A stretch of 64,000 bases of DNA, taken from positions 416,348 to 480,347 of IMG/VR virus record IMGVR_UViG_3300020156_000001. One strand, written 5' to 3'. The notes below the pieces were generated by a model. That model saw nothing but the letters and a program-made list of their open reading frames with translations, was not told the origin of the DNA and made no database searches. This stretch comes from a virus (taxonomy: Duplodnaviria > Heunggongvirae > Uroviricota > Caudoviricetes). Positions 1-10,110 of the stretch are shown piece by piece (position 1 is the first letter of the stretch; every line of letters starts with the position of its first letter). The position numbers and the translations under genes were made by a program.

Positions 1-527
1 GAACCAGCTGCATCACCAATGTGGAACTCCAAGTTTTCCTTTGCAGTCTTCACGGAGAAGAACTGCTCAATGCTGGAGTACAGGCTAGCAAGTGTAGAGA
101 ACTCCTGAATCTTGGAATCAGTTGGTTCGATTGTAACGTCCCAGTTGTTCTGCTTGAGCTGTGCCTGTGCAGGAAGAAGGTCTGCGCTCATGAAACGGAA
201 GTCGGCGCGGCCGCCATCTTCGGAAGAGAAGTTAAGCTCTTCAGGAGTTTCAACACCCTTACGCTCAGTGCGCTTGACTTCAATCTTGGCGTCATCGCTG
301 CGGTATGTTGGGAGGTTGAGAAGACCCTGAAGCAAGCTCAAGTTACGCATACCAAATTCGCCCTTAAGCGCGGGTTCTGCTTCCTTAAGCTCAGCGCGGA
401 TGATGATTGTACGCTCATCGTCCATCGCCTCAAACACTGTCTTGTCGTCTGTGCCGGTTACGCGCACGGATTCAACAAAACCCAGACCGCTGGTGTGCTT
501 GATAATGTCGAGTAGTTTTTCACGCAT
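1..527 (-). CDS. Probable DNA polymerase sliding clamp (gp45-like), truncated by window edge
   Basis: Read manually, absent from the ORF track: MREKLLDIIKHTSGLGFVESVRVTGTDDKTVFEAMDDERTIII...GEFGMRNLSLL. Resembles jumbo phage clamp N-termini and lies downstream of polB. Confidence 0.65.
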   Translation of the reverse strand, partial: MREKLLDIIKHTSGLGFVESVRVTGTDDKTVFEAMDDERTIIIRAELKEAEPALKGEFGMRNLSLLQGLLNLPTYRSDDAKIEVKRTERKGVETPEELNFSSEDGGRADFRFMSADLLPAQAQLKQNNWDVTIEPTDSKIQEFSTLASLYSSIEQFFSVKTAKENLEFHIGDAAG

Positions 528-597
528 TGCGGAAATATCCTTTTGTTTTTATTATTGTTTTGTACTCTAAACTCTGAAAACTTGGACGTCAATATTT

Positions 598-888
598 TTA
601 GAATATTTGTGTTTCTTCAGCTTCTTCGTCGTCTACGAAATAAATCCGTATGCGGTAGCCCTGGAGCTCATTATGTTCGACACGATAAGTGAGTTCCGTT
701 AGCTGAGACTCTTCGGTAAGCCATTGGGCGGAAAGCTTGAATTCGTCATCCAATACTGCCCAACCTGCCCACTCCAATTGAATGTCGTGGAAGAATCGTT
801 CACCAACGCTGCGGTCGATAGATGAGATTTCTGCACGGGTTGGGTTGTGCTGGGTATTTGTAAGAAATACCCGAAGTCTTCTTGGCAT
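598..888 (-). CDS. Hypothetical protein (possible degenerate FKL-motif family member)
   Basis: GAGG SD before ATG at 888; ends YRIRIYFVDDEEAEETQIF. Confidence 0.55.
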   Translation of the reverse strand: MPRRLRVFLTNTQHNPTRAEISSIDRSVGERFFHDIQLEWAGWAVLDDEFKLSAQWLTEESQLTELTYRVEHNELQGYRIRIYFVDDEEAEETQIF

Positions 889-898
889 AATCAGTTCC

Positions 899-3800
899 TC
901 AGAATGTGAATAGGTCATTAAAGGTTGTGTCCTCGCGTGTTGCCTTCAGGTCCCACTTTAGAACACCAATCAAGTTGTTAACCTTCTTGTCGATAATGGT
1001 TTCTTCCATTAGCTCGGTGTCAAACGGCAAAGCTTTAAACCATTCAGGAAGATGACGCTGATCGTAAGGATACGCAACAGAGTTGATCTTCATTGGGTTT
1101 GGCAAAAGCTTGCAAACGATAACCTTGCTACCATCTGTAATGTCGGTGCTGTAGTTGTCGTCCATTGCCTTCTTTAGTCGGTTCCAGTTAATCGATGCTC
1201 TAACGTGGCCTGGAACAGTATCCTTCTTTTCCTTCTCCACGCTGCGGGTCTTGTAGATGTTGTCGCCGCCCATACGCATGTCATAAGCGTCCATGCGTTC
1301 CTGGTGAGAGGTCAAACCGTTGACCTTCTTTGGCGTTCCCTGTTCCCAAGGTTCCATCTTACGGAATTCGTTTCGGAACTCCCTAATCTGTCCTATAATA
1401 GAGTCCTCAGTACCACCTGTCAAAATATCCATTAGAATTTTAGACAAAAAGTCCTGCATGAACTTTGGGGTATCAGCGCGTTTTAGATCTAGACCCATTG
1501 CCTTGATCTTGCCGGGCTTGCCGTCGAGATCCAAACGCTTGTTATCTTCATCCCAAAACTTTAGAACAGCATACCGCTTCTTCTTGATGAACATGCCAGT
1601 TTCCGCAACTAGCTCAAGACCCGCAGCAATAATCGCACCACGTTCCATACCCGTGTTAAACGCATCGGTCATAAAATATGGGAACGATTCGTTTACCATG
1701 TCGCCAATGTTCAAATACAAAGCCAGCATTTGGTCTTTGTCATCAGCAAGTGGTGCGGTTTCCTTGTCCGACTTCAACATGTTGTAAGCGGAGAAGTAAC
1801 TGGAGTCAGTATCCGCGTAAACGATACCTTCTCCATCGTATTGATAAATGCCAGTAATGCACTCGTTTACCTTCGAGTTCATGTGCTTGGCAATGCTTCG
1901 ACCAGTAAGCGTAACCGACTGACCAATGCGCTTATCGTAGAACCGGCAGCCTTCGTTGAGCAACGCACCATACAAGGAGTTCAACAAGATCTTACGTGCA
2001 AGCTGACGCTGATCCCAAAAACCAAAACGGGATTGGTAATAAGCTGTCTGCTCCTCATTTGCTTTGATGCGGTGCTTGGAGATAACCAAGTTGTTCGCAG
2101 CCATAAACTCCTTGATCGCAGACGTGTCTTCCGCTTGCACAAGCTCCTTAAGCTTGCTTACATCGTATTCACTTGTAATGTCGCTGGGTGGCGTTCCTGC
2201 GTAACCAGCGAGTGCTTCCTCAATCTCCGGAGAGATCTCCACACCCTTTAGCAGATCAGCAAACTTGCTTTTTTCCTTCTGCATCTGCCTACGCTCTGCA
2301 TACCAACGCTCAAGCAGACCTGGAATGATCGCTTTAACATCGGTTCGGAAGATCGTACCATTTGCAGATACCGCATAAGCTTTGTCTGATTCAAAGATGT
2401 ACTTGTAGAGATCCTTGCCCGACACTGTAGCGGTTTCGCCTGCCTCAAAATCAACAGTTAGGCGATCCGGCGCTTTCTGTTGCATGAGGTCGAATTCAAT
2501 CGTTGCAAACAACCCATGCCACGCGTCAGTCTTGCTGCCCTTTGCCTTCTTCTTGCCCGCAACAGATGCGGCCATACGTGAGGCAATAAGCTGATCTGTC
2601 CGATCCGAACGAATCTGACCAACCAGTGTTTCCGGACCCATGTTGAGCGCACGCAAAGCAGATGGATAAAGAGAGTTGATGTCCACGCAACCAATCATTC
2701 GGTGCATACCCTTTTTAGGGTCCGCCACATACGCACCTACCGCGTTGTTGCCATCATCCTCGTCGTCTTCGTCCTCGTCTTCTTCATCGTCATGGATAAA
2801 GCTGCCTGGATCGTACGGAGAATCACCTTCACGCTCAGGACGAGACATAACTTGCATGCCTTTTTCCCAAGTTTCGTTCACAATAGCTTGCTCAATAAGT
2901 GCAACCGAACCCATTGTCGTTTGCAGCAGAACTGAGTTAGTATGTGCGAGCTGATTTGCCAGTTCGATGTATCGGCACTTTGCGTCGATTTTAACCAGCA
3001 GCAGGGTGTCCTGGCGGTTATACTCGATAAACGTTTTGAAGTCTCGCTTGTACAGGGCGTCCAGCGACCCCTCATATGGCGTTTTGTTTTCGCCTACGAT
3101 AACTTCGCCAACGTGGTCCAGCTTGTACGAGTGAAGTTCTGCCGAACTATGCTTTTGAAACAGTTCCAAATAGTCCAAGTGTACTCGTCCAACAAGATCA
3201 TAAGTCTCTTGTTCCTTCTTGAACTTTACATACTTCCGCTTCTTTGGGCGCTGGCCCCACAAGCACATTTTCTTCGCATAATCCTTGCCGAGGATTCGCT
3301 CAACGCGATTCACAACATAGGGAATATCGAAGCCGGTGGAGTTCCAGCCGCTGAGAACATCTGCATCCTCAATAATATCGAGGAACATTTTAAGCAGTTC
3401 TTCTTCGTCGTTACACAGGTACGTGTCGTCGAACTGGTTAACAATGCTCTCAGCGGCTTCCCAAGTTAGGTAGTCCTTGTCTGTCTGCGGAAGCTCAGGC
3501 TTTAGAACAAGCGTGATTAGCTTCTTTGTGCTAGACAGGTGGAGCGAAATTGCCGTAATTGGTGCAAAAGGATCATGAGTTGGTGCGTAACCTCGCAGTG
3601 GATCAAAGTCCACCTCAATATCGAAAAAGCCAATATTGAGTTCCGGTGTTGGAAGTGTGAGGTAATTCTCGCTTAGGCACCTGAATATCGGATTGATATC
3701 GTGCTCATGAATCTTCCGCCCGAGACGCTGCATATCAGCAAGATCCTTGCGGAACTTTTTGCTGTCAGTTGTCTCATACTTCGTGCAGGGATCGCCCCAC

Positions 3801-3943
3801 ATCGTCTTGTGCCTACCCCTAGGGTCCTCATAGTAAAAGACGTGCTTGGCTGGCAGAACGTTAAACACGCGCTGCCCGTTGATTCGCTCTACAATGTGAA
3901 TTTCATCATTTTGTTTTGAGTGAATCGCGTCAACGTATGTCAT
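899..3943 (-). CDS. Family B DNA polymerase with 3'-5' exonuclease
   Basis: Exonuclease motifs FDIE, GWNSTGFDIPY and YNRQD; polymerase motifs DINSLYP, KILLNSLYG, YADTDS and KKRY. Confidence 0.97.
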   Translation of the reverse strand: MTYVDAIHSKQNDEIHIVERINGQRVFNVLPAKHVFYYEDPRGRHKTMWGDPCTKYETTDSKKFRKDLADMQRLGRKIHEHDINPIFRCLSENYLTLPTPELNIGFFDIEVDFDPLRGYAPTHDPFAPITAISLHLSSTKKLITLVLKPELPQTDKDYLTWEAAESIVNQFDDTYLCNDEEELLKMFLDIIEDADVLSGWNSTGFDIPYVVNRVERILGKDYAKKMCLWGQRPKKRKYVKFKKEQETYDLVGRVHLDYLELFQKHSSAELHSYKLDHVGEVIVGENKTPYEGSLDALYKRDFKTFIEYNRQDTLLLVKIDAKCRYIELANQLAHTNSVLLQTTMGSVALIEQAIVNETWEKGMQVMSRPEREGDSPYDPGSFIHDDEEDEDEDDEDDGNNAVGAYVADPKKGMHRMIGCVDINSLYPSALRALNMGPETLVGQIRSDRTDQLIASRMAASVAGKKKAKGSKTDAWHGLFATIEFDLMQQKAPDRLTVDFEAGETATVSGKDLYKYIFESDKAYAVSANGTIFRTDVKAIIPGLLERWYAERRQMQKEKSKFADLLKGVEISPEIEEALAGYAGTPPSDITSEYDVSKLKELVQAEDTSAIKEFMAANNLVISKHRIKANEEQTAYYQSRFGFWDQRQLARKILLNSLYGALLNEGCRFYDKRIGQSVTLTGRSIAKHMNSKVNECITGIYQYDGEGIVYADTDSSYFSAYNMLKSDKETAPLADDKDQMLALYLNIGDMVNESFPYFMTDAFNTGMERGAIIAAGLELVAETGMFIKKKRYAVLKFWDEDNKRLDLDGKPGKIKAMGLDLKRADTPKFMQDFLSKILMDILTGGTEDSIIGQIREFRNEFRKMEPWEQGTPKKVNGLTSHQERMDAYDMRMGGDNIYKTRSVEKEKKDTVPGHVRASINWNRLKKAMDDNYSTDITDGSKVIVCKLLPNPMKINSVAYPYDQRHLPEWFKALPFDTELMEETIIDKKVNNLIGVLKWDLKATREDTTFNDLFTF

Positions 3944-4005
3944 CGTTCTGTCCTTTTTCTTATTATTTGTTAACTATAATACCAGAGCTAAAATGCGTTC
4001 AATAT

Positions 4006-4302
4006 CTAAAACTGCATCATCAATTTTATACGAACCGCGTCCTGATACTTAGCAAACCGTATTTCATAATGCCGAGACTGATAAGGTGGTTCCGTAAACC
4101 ACACTTTTGAGGTTGGTGCTTCAGGTTCAAGCAAGTAGAAGGTCATATGGAAGCGAGAAGCAACCATGGCCTCAGCATAGATTAGGTCTTCGAGTTCACC
4201 AATGTTAGTGCATCCACTCAAGCAAACCGTATGCGGGAGAACCTCTTTTACATTAACAGGTCGCCCATAATTGGTATCTAATATCTCTCTGGTATAGCTC
4301 AT
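4006..4302 (-). CDS. FKL-motif family small protein
   Basis: Ends IRFAKYQDAVRIKLMMQF. Confidence 0.7.
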   Translation of the reverse strand: MSYTREILDTNYGRPVNVKEVLPHTVCLSGCTNIGELEDLIYAEAMVASRFHMTFYLLEPEAPTSKVWFTEPPYQSRHYEIRFAKYQDAVRIKLMMQF

Positions 4303-4318
4303 TGGACTCTGCTCAAAA

Positions 4319-4348
4319 TTATAGCGGAGATTGTCGCCTCCGCTATAA
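4319..4348 (-). terminator. Intrinsic terminator
   Basis: TTATAGCGGAG/CTCCGCTATAA inverted repeat followed by a T run on the minus strand. Confidence 0.7.
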
Positions 4349-4357
4349 TGGGCTAAC

Positions 4358-4615
4358 TTAGAGCTTGCCTACAACGTTAAGGATTTCTTCAACGTTGTCG
4401 AGTTCTTCGCGGGTGTCTGCGATGTTAGCCTTGAAAGCTGCACGGATTGCCTTATTGATGGCGCTTGGCTTGATACCAAGTTCTTCCGCAACAGCCTTCA
4501 CGGTGTCGTTAAGCGCGCCCTTCAAGTCCTCAACTTCCTGAGTAACCTTGATGCCTTCGTTGACAACGTGCTTGAGCTTTGCCTTGTCTTCGCTTGTGAG
4601 ACCGGTGATGTTCAT
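4358..4615 (-). CDS. Small dsDNA-binding protein (T4 DsbA / GapR-like)
   Basis: Coiled coil followed by VKAVAEELGIKPSAINKAIR. Confidence 0.6.
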   Translation of the reverse strand: MNITGLTSEDKAKLKHVVNEGIKVTQEVEDLKGALNDTVKAVAEELGIKPSAINKAIRAAFKANIADTREELDNVEEILNVVGKL

Positions 4616-4681
4616 TTCTGCTTCCTTTTGTGTAAAAGTTTATTATCCTTTTATACACTCAGGAAACAGAAAGATCAAAAT

Positions 4682-5389
4682 TTATTTCCACTTCTTGCGA
4701 ACCTTTACGGCACGATTCTGTGGGTGGTTTGGAGAGAAGTCAGGCTGATTCAATTCGGAGAAGCCTTTGGCGATTGCCTTGTAAGCGTGGCCCTTGGCCG
4801 CAATGTCTTCTTCGTTGATCTTTTTAGAGCGACCAGTTGCGGTCTTACCAGCGGCTGAAGCAAGTTCATCCATAACGTCCTCAGTAAGCGAGGAATTATC
4901 CGTTGATACCACTGTCATGTTTGCGCGTTCGATGTAGTCGAGAACCTTGTTGTATTCATCCAAGTTGTCGAACTCAATAACTGCGACTGTACGGTTTTGA
5001 TTTTCTAGGAAGTCCCAACGACGCTTGAGTGCGTCCTTTGCCGTTTTTAGACCAGCTGTATCGTCAAAGCTGATAAAGCATGGGTTCATGCTCTTGATAC
5101 GCCAAGGAATGCTCTTGTACATGAGGATACCACTGGCCTGCTCAACTTCTTCGCTGTTCTTAAAATACAGAACATTGCCATCCGGAGATAGATCCGCAGG
5201 GGCTGGCATCTCTGCCGCAGGAACTGCATCAACACGAGCAATAAGCTCACCTGTCTCGTCCGCATCCAAGTCCATATCTTCTGCGACTTTTTCGGCTGCT
5301 TCTTTGCGAGACTTGCCCTTCTTTACAAGGGTTTTAACCTTCTTCTCTGCTTCGAGCAGAAGGGTTTCAAAAATGATATCTTTCTTCAT
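4682..5389 (-). CDS. Hypothetical protein, probably late
   Basis: Long ORF with SD; TAAATA upstream at about 5417-5422. Confidence 0.7.
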   Translation of the reverse strand: MKKDIIFETLLLEAEKKVKTLVKKGKSRKEAAEKVAEDMDLDADETGELIARVDAVPAAEMPAPADLSPDGNVLYFKNSEEVEQASGILMYKSIPWRIKSMNPCFISFDDTAGLKTAKDALKRRWDFLENQNRTVAVIEFDNLDEYNKVLDYIERANMTVVSTDNSSLTEDVMDELASAAGKTATGRSKKINEEDIAAKGHAYKAIAKGFSELNQPDFSPNHPQNRAVKVRKKWK

Positions 5390-5425
5390 AAGGGAACTCC
5401 ATAGCTGGCTTTCCCATATTTACGC

Positions 5426-6487
5426 CTACTTGATATAGCCGTGGAGCTTGGCGAACTCATAAAATTCTCTGCTCGCTACGTTCTTACCCTTGGCTTCCAC
5501 TTCGATATCCATAAACTCAAAGTGCGTGCAAGCCCACTCCAACAGGGCTTCGTTCCACATGCCATAGCTATGGGCACGAAGTGTGCTAGATGAGATGCCC
5601 TTGATCGCGGTAAGCGTGGTATAATCGGGCTTCATGTGTGGGTTTAGAAGAGCCGCAGGAATAACGTCGGGCGATGGCATACTAAAATGACCAAGCGGAC
5701 GTTGCCCATTCCACGAGACGTTGATCGCAAAAGCTTCATGCGTATACGCGCTAAAGTATTTGCCCTTGCTGGAAACCCACTCATGATGGATATCTAAAAC
5801 AATTGCAACATCCTGATATGTGCCGGTATCAATGAAGTCTCTCACACTGCATGAGTATTCATCGTTTTCCAACGTGATCAAGTTGCGCACGGTGTCGGAA
5901 ACATCGTTCGCGATATGCTTGCGGATATTGATAAGGCCGGGATCAAGCCGAACATTTGCATGGATATTGATAGCAAAGCCAGAGGAATGCCATGTGTCGC
6001 CATAGCCCATGCACCGGGCAACATACCCGTGGTACTCAAGATCCTCGATACTTGCGGCAACCACATCTTTACGTGTGGAACAAAGGTTGGTGAACTGGCC
6101 AGGATGGCTGCACAAGCGGATACCATTTTGATCCGCATACTTGCGAATACCCTTTAGGCCCTCAACGATAAGCTCCTGCGTGGAATAGTGGTCGTATATC
6201 CACTTGTATGCGGGAACCGTATAGAGGGGCAGGAATTCGCTAGTAATACGAAACAACCGCATTTGTGCGGGTTGAGCCGCAATCCATGCGAGTTGTCGCC
6301 AAAGCGTTTCGATATTGTGGGTGACAAGCTTTTGGATCTTTTGAAATTGATCCACACTAGCAAGCGACGCAAGGTGCTTTTGCGTCGTTGTCTTTTGATT
6401 CATTTGTTCGGTGAGAACACGTGAAGCACGGGGATCAATGCCACTGGTATCGATCCACTTGCAACAGAAACCAATCTTTTTGTCCAT
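5426..6487 (-). CDS. uvsE: UV damage endonuclease
   Basis: IGFCCK, RLFRITSE, HPGQF, LENDE, DIHH and EAKGKN motifs. Confidence 0.92.
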   Translation of the reverse strand: MDKKIGFCCKWIDTSGIDPRASRVLTEQMNQKTTTQKHLASLASVDQFQKIQKLVTHNIETLWRQLAWIAAQPAQMRLFRITSEFLPLYTVPAYKWIYDHYSTQELIVEGLKGIRKYADQNGIRLCSHPGQFTNLCSTRKDVVAASIEDLEYHGYVARCMGYGDTWHSSGFAINIHANVRLDPGLINIRKHIANDVSDTVRNLITLENDEYSCSVRDFIDTGTYQDVAIVLDIHHEWVSSKGKYFSAYTHEAFAINVSWNGQRPLGHFSMPSPDVIPAALLNPHMKPDYTTLTAIKGISSSTLRAHSYGMWNEALLEWACTHFEFMDIEVEAKGKNVASREFYEFAKLHGYIK

Positions 6488-6500
6488 ACACTATATATAG

Positions 6501-6812
6501 TTACTTAAAGAATGGATTCAACTTTCTTTTACCCAAAGCCCATTCATAATCTTGCTGGCTTGGTCTCTTTGGATCCGGCCGGATCCAAGTACGATAGAAC
6601 CGTTCAAGCACACTCTTCTTTTCCCAGAGGGCAATCTCCGCTTTTTTCCTTTCCTGCCGCCATTCAGTTTGTAGATCAGTAAGCCTTTGAATGTGTGCTT
6701 GCCGTTCTGCTTCACTTTTGAAGTGATGACTGTGTGGGACGCGAGTGTCCCGTAGGTATATCCATGGGCGGCTTGGATCGTTCTCAGGAGTAAGCCAGAT
6801 GAAATCACGCAT
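6501..6812 (-). CDS. Hypothetical protein
   Basis: Start MRDFIW overlaps the stop of the upstream gene. Confidence 0.6.
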   Translation of the reverse strand: MRDFIWLTPENDPSRPWIYLRDTRVPHSHHFKSEAERQAHIQRLTDLQTEWRQERKKAEIALWEKKSVLERFYRTWIRPDPKRPSQQDYEWALGKRKLNPFFK

Positions 6813-7203
6813 TGAGAACAAACTCCAAATCGTTGATGTCTGCGTAGAACCAGTAGCCGTTTGCACCAACCCAAACAACCTCAGGGTTGCGAACGTTGGT
6901 ATGATCGTGATTGTGATAGTCGATCCAGCCTTGGTACACATCGTGAACGCTAAAGTAGCGAACACGTTGATTGATGTGTGGGCCTTTTCCGCGAAGCTTG
7001 GGATGAGTGGTGCGGAAAGTTGCGCCGGCCTTGAGCCGAACCCGCATACCCGTTGGAAGGCTCTGCATACCGAAGTTACCAACTGCAACAGCCTTGGTAA
7101 GACCGTTGCGTTCCATGTAGGAAACCGCCGCCATCGCTTGTGTTTCGCCGCGATAATCGGATGCCTGTATTGCGATTTCAGTTAGTTGATCCAGCGTTAC
7201 CAT
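6805..7203 (-). CDS. Hypothetical protein
   Basis: AAGGAG SD before ATG at 7203; promoter upstream. Confidence 0.7.
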   Translation of the reverse strand: MVTLDQLTEIAIQASDYRGETQAMAAVSYMERNGLTKAVAVGNFGMQSLPTGMRVRLKAGATFRTTHPKLRGKGPHINQRVRYFSVHDVYQGWIDYHNHDHTNVRNPEVVWVGANGYWFYADINDLEFVLNA

Positions 7204-7230
7204 TGGCGACTCCTTCGTGTTCATGCTGTA

Positions 7231-7258
7231 AAACTAACACAAACAGGAAGGATGTCAA
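7231..7258 (-). promoter_or_regulatory. Sigma70-type early promoter
   Basis: TTGACA-N16-TAGTTT. Confidence 0.6.
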
Positions 7259-7275
7259 CCAACAATATTCCTGAA

Positions 7276-7641
7276 TTACCAGGACACTTTCACGTCAAGT
7301 GAAAGCTCGCTTTGTTCCTCGCGCACGTTGAGGATAAGCCGGCGATTTTCATCCTCCCACACATCGTTTTCAAACGTGCGGATAACAACGTCGGTGCCTG
7401 AGAAGTAGTCGGCATCGGGATTAAGTTCCTTTGCCGACGGACGCTTGGTGGCCGTGCGCGTGTATGTGGTAGGATCCGTAGCAGCGGGCCATAGCTTGAG
7501 GTTGAACACGTCAAGATCATATGTGAGGAGCAAGTTGACGTGCATATGCACGAGCATTGGATTTGCCTTGAGTTCATCAATAGCAAACGCCAAACATTCC
7601 TCGCTTGTGTGCTTCTTGCCGGGTTCAAGATCGTCAAACAT
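7276..7641 (-). CDS. Hypothetical protein
   Basis: ATG overlaps the ligase stop (TAATG). Confidence 0.65.
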   Translation of the reverse strand: MFDDLEPGKKHTSEECLAFAIDELKANPMLVHMHVNLLLTYDLDVFNLKLWPAATDPTTYTRTATKRPSAKELNPDADYFSGTDVVIRTFENDVWEDENRRLILNVREEQSELSLDVKVSW

Positions 7642-9665
7642 TAGCCCCAAAGCTCCTGTGCTGTGCCGAGGTCGATGATTTGAACACCGAGATCAGCAGC
7701 TTTTTTCATCTTGCTTGAGCCCGACGATGGGTCCTTGCAAACCAAGTGCGTTGTGTCCTTGTTAACGGAAGATCCGATTGTACCAGCCTTGGAAACAATC
7801 TTCGCTTCAAGTTCCTTGTCGCGAACGCCAGTGAACACAACAACCACGCCCTTCAAATCGCCATCGCTTGGTGGAGCAACCTTCTCGGCCACAGTATAGT
7901 AACCATCGATTTCCGCAAGGAACGCATTGAGCTTGGGCAAGTTGCCGATGACCATTTCCGCTGTCTTCTTCTCAAAGCCTTCGACTTCAAGCAATTGGGA
8001 CAGCGTGATATCAAAGCTGCCCAGCGCGTTGAGGATCTTTGTACATTTGCGCACGCCGATGCCGCGGCCAAGTGTTTGAGAAGCACCAGCAAGCTGCGCA
8101 AGATCCACCGGATTTAGCTTTGCGCGAAGACCTTCAAAGATCTTGCGACCAGCGGAATCACCAGCCGACGCTTTAAGTTCAGCTTCCGTTGCCTTGATGA
8201 TCTTTGCTTCGGAATCAAAACCATCAGCAATCAGCTTTTCAATTGCGCCCTGACGGAGGTGAGGGATATCAAGCGTTTTGAATGCGTCGAGAATCCGATA
8301 ATACCGAGCATCCGCAGAGGATTCCAGATCATCAAGGACTAGGTCCACATTACCCGCAGTGTAGGACATTTTGCCAAACACTTTCTCGTCCGGCATCTGA
8401 CCAACAGTCCCAGTAACCACTTCTGTGATATATGGGATAACATCGCCTGCGCGTGTAATCTTGATCTTTGCGCCTGGGCCAACATTGTTGTCCCTGATGA
8501 ACGCGGCGTTGAAACCAGTTGCGTAGGTGATGGTCACACCAGTGAGATCCACAGGCTTGATTTCCACACGCGGCTTCAAATAGCCGGCCTTGCTAACGCG
8601 CCAGTGAACACCCACAACTTCCGTTACTGCCAAATTGTCAGCGCCAGCGACCTTAAACTTCTTCGCCCAAACTGGGTTCAGTCCGCTTGATGCCTTGGGC
8701 AAACGCTTGCGAGCAGCAATGTCATCGACGTCCAATACAATGCCGTCGAGTTCATAAGCGGACTTTTCACGCCGCTCGTTCAAGTAGCTAGTGAGGAATG
8801 GATCGTTGAGATCCTTGCCTTCAACAACTTCATAGTAGTTGGTGAGGAAACCGTTCTTGCGCACGAGCTCCAGCTGTTCAGCTTTGCCCAGTTCGTCGCT
8901 TTCCACGCTTGTAATAACAATGTGGAGATTGTCGATGAACACTGGATCAGAATCCGAAGCGTTCATCTTACCCGCAACATAGTTTCGCGCGTTTTTGTAT
9001 TCGCGGCCGCTTCGTGCAAGAGTTGCTGACTTAACGTTGGGCCATTCCGCAACTGGAATGATTGCTTCCGCACGTAGCTGAAGAGGACCCTTTTCGATCT
9101 TCTTTGGAACGCACTTCAACTGCTTGATGTGCCGTGTAATGTCGGCGCCCATTGTGCCGTTGCCGCGAGAGAATGCGCTGAGAAAGTTGCCCTTGCGATC
9201 ATAGATCAGTGCAACGGAAGTGCCGTCGAGCTTGTCCGAGATCACAAAGTGTTCGTTGGTGAGCTTTTCGTTCTTGACCCACTTTTCAGTGTCGCCATCG
9301 TAAACTTGGTCCAGCGAACCCATCTTGAAGGGCAGCGGAACCTTGCCGCCGCGCACATCAGAGCCGACCTTGATAAAGTAGGAGTTCTTGGGATCCAGCG
9401 CCCTAAGTTGCTGTTCAAGAGAATCAAACTCTGCGTCGGTGAGGATTGGTTCGAAAGGAGCGGGGCCAACTTGTTCGCCGATATACTCGTATGTTTCGAG
9501 ATCGAATGTTGGCCACGGATAGTTGTCGGCCTCACTGCCCACATTATAATAGGCGTCGCTTGCAGTATCGAGAATCATGCAAAGCGGGAGTGTCATCGAC
9601 TTGGTGAGGGCAACGTTGCCCTCAATAAACGCGACCGCAACTTCGCGGATGTGTTCGGAATTCAT
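7641..9665 (-). CDS. ligA: NAD-dependent DNA ligase
   Basis: AYY...DAEFD, KLDG, SRGNG, ELDGIV and RAGDVIP motifs, C-terminal BRCT; lacks the Cys4 zinc finger. Confidence 0.95.
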   Translation of the reverse strand: MNSEHIREVAVAFIEGNVALTKSMTLPLCMILDTASDAYYNVGSEADNYPWPTFDLETYEYIGEQVGPAPFEPILTDAEFDSLEQQLRALDPKNSYFIKVGSDVRGGKVPLPFKMGSLDQVYDGDTEKWVKNEKLTNEHFVISDKLDGTSVALIYDRKGNFLSAFSRGNGTMGADITRHIKQLKCVPKKIEKGPLQLRAEAIIPVAEWPNVKSATLARSGREYKNARNYVAGKMNASDSDPVFIDNLHIVITSVESDELGKAEQLELVRKNGFLTNYYEVVEGKDLNDPFLTSYLNERREKSAYELDGIVLDVDDIAARKRLPKASSGLNPVWAKKFKVAGADNLAVTEVVGVHWRVSKAGYLKPRVEIKPVDLTGVTITYATGFNAAFIRDNNVGPGAKIKITRAGDVIPYITEVVTGTVGQMPDEKVFGKMSYTAGNVDLVLDDLESSADARYYRILDAFKTLDIPHLRQGAIEKLIADGFDSEAKIIKATEAELKASAGDSAGRKIFEGLRAKLNPVDLAQLAGASQTLGRGIGVRKCTKILNALGSFDITLSQLLEVEGFEKKTAEMVIGNLPKLNAFLAEIDGYYTVAEKVAPPSDGDLKGVVVVFTGVRDKELEAKIVSKAGTIGSSVNKDTTHLVCKDPSSGSSKMKKAADLGVQIIDLGTAQELWG

Positions 9666-9692
9666 AACGATCTCCTATTGGAACTGTTACCA

Positions 9693-9720
9693 GTTATAGC
9701 ACAAAAGGAATACCTGTCAA
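9693..9720 (-). promoter_or_regulatory. Sigma70-type promoter for ligA
   Basis: TTGACA-N16-TATAAC. Confidence 0.7.
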
Positions 9721-10110
9721 CTCCGAAAGGGTTTTGGCGATCACATCCATTGGAAGGTCGTCTTGCAGTTTTTTCAATAGGATTCTGCGGTAAAAATGAT
9801 TCCATTCCGCAGCATTGGCTTCTGCCGCTGCATCCAAAATAAGCTCACGTGCCTTAGATGGATCCATATCAACTTGAGTAACTTGGTCATATAGGTTTAT
9901 GAAGTCTTGAAATGAAAACGAGCCAGGTGCGTCATCTTCAACATCAAAGTGTGCGACTTTATCCACAACAACCTTTGTTGTTGGGTCACAACTCAATTGC
10001 AACCCAACAAAGAAGTTTTCGTTTTCTTGCCAAGCCTGCAGAATTAGTTCCTTTTGGATTTCAGGCTTCTTGGTCATCTTGAGACGTTTTAGCAGCTGAG
10101 TAATAGTCAT
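9694..10110 (-). CDS. Protein resembling the N-terminal DNA-binding domain of T4-type ATP-dependent ligase
   Basis: KELIL..LSCDP..SFQDF..WNHFYRRILLKKL pattern. Confidence 0.5.
   Translation of the reverse strand: MTITQLLKRLKMTKKPEIQKELILQAWQENENFFVGLQLSCDPTTKVVVDKVAHFDVEDDAPGSFSFQDFINLYDQVTQVDMDPSKARELILDAAAEANAAEWNHFYRRILLKKLQDDLPMDVIAKTLSELTGIPFVL

Noticed and set aside
21-515. Plus-strand 164 aa ORF
   Set aside because: Antisense to the probable sliding clamp gene
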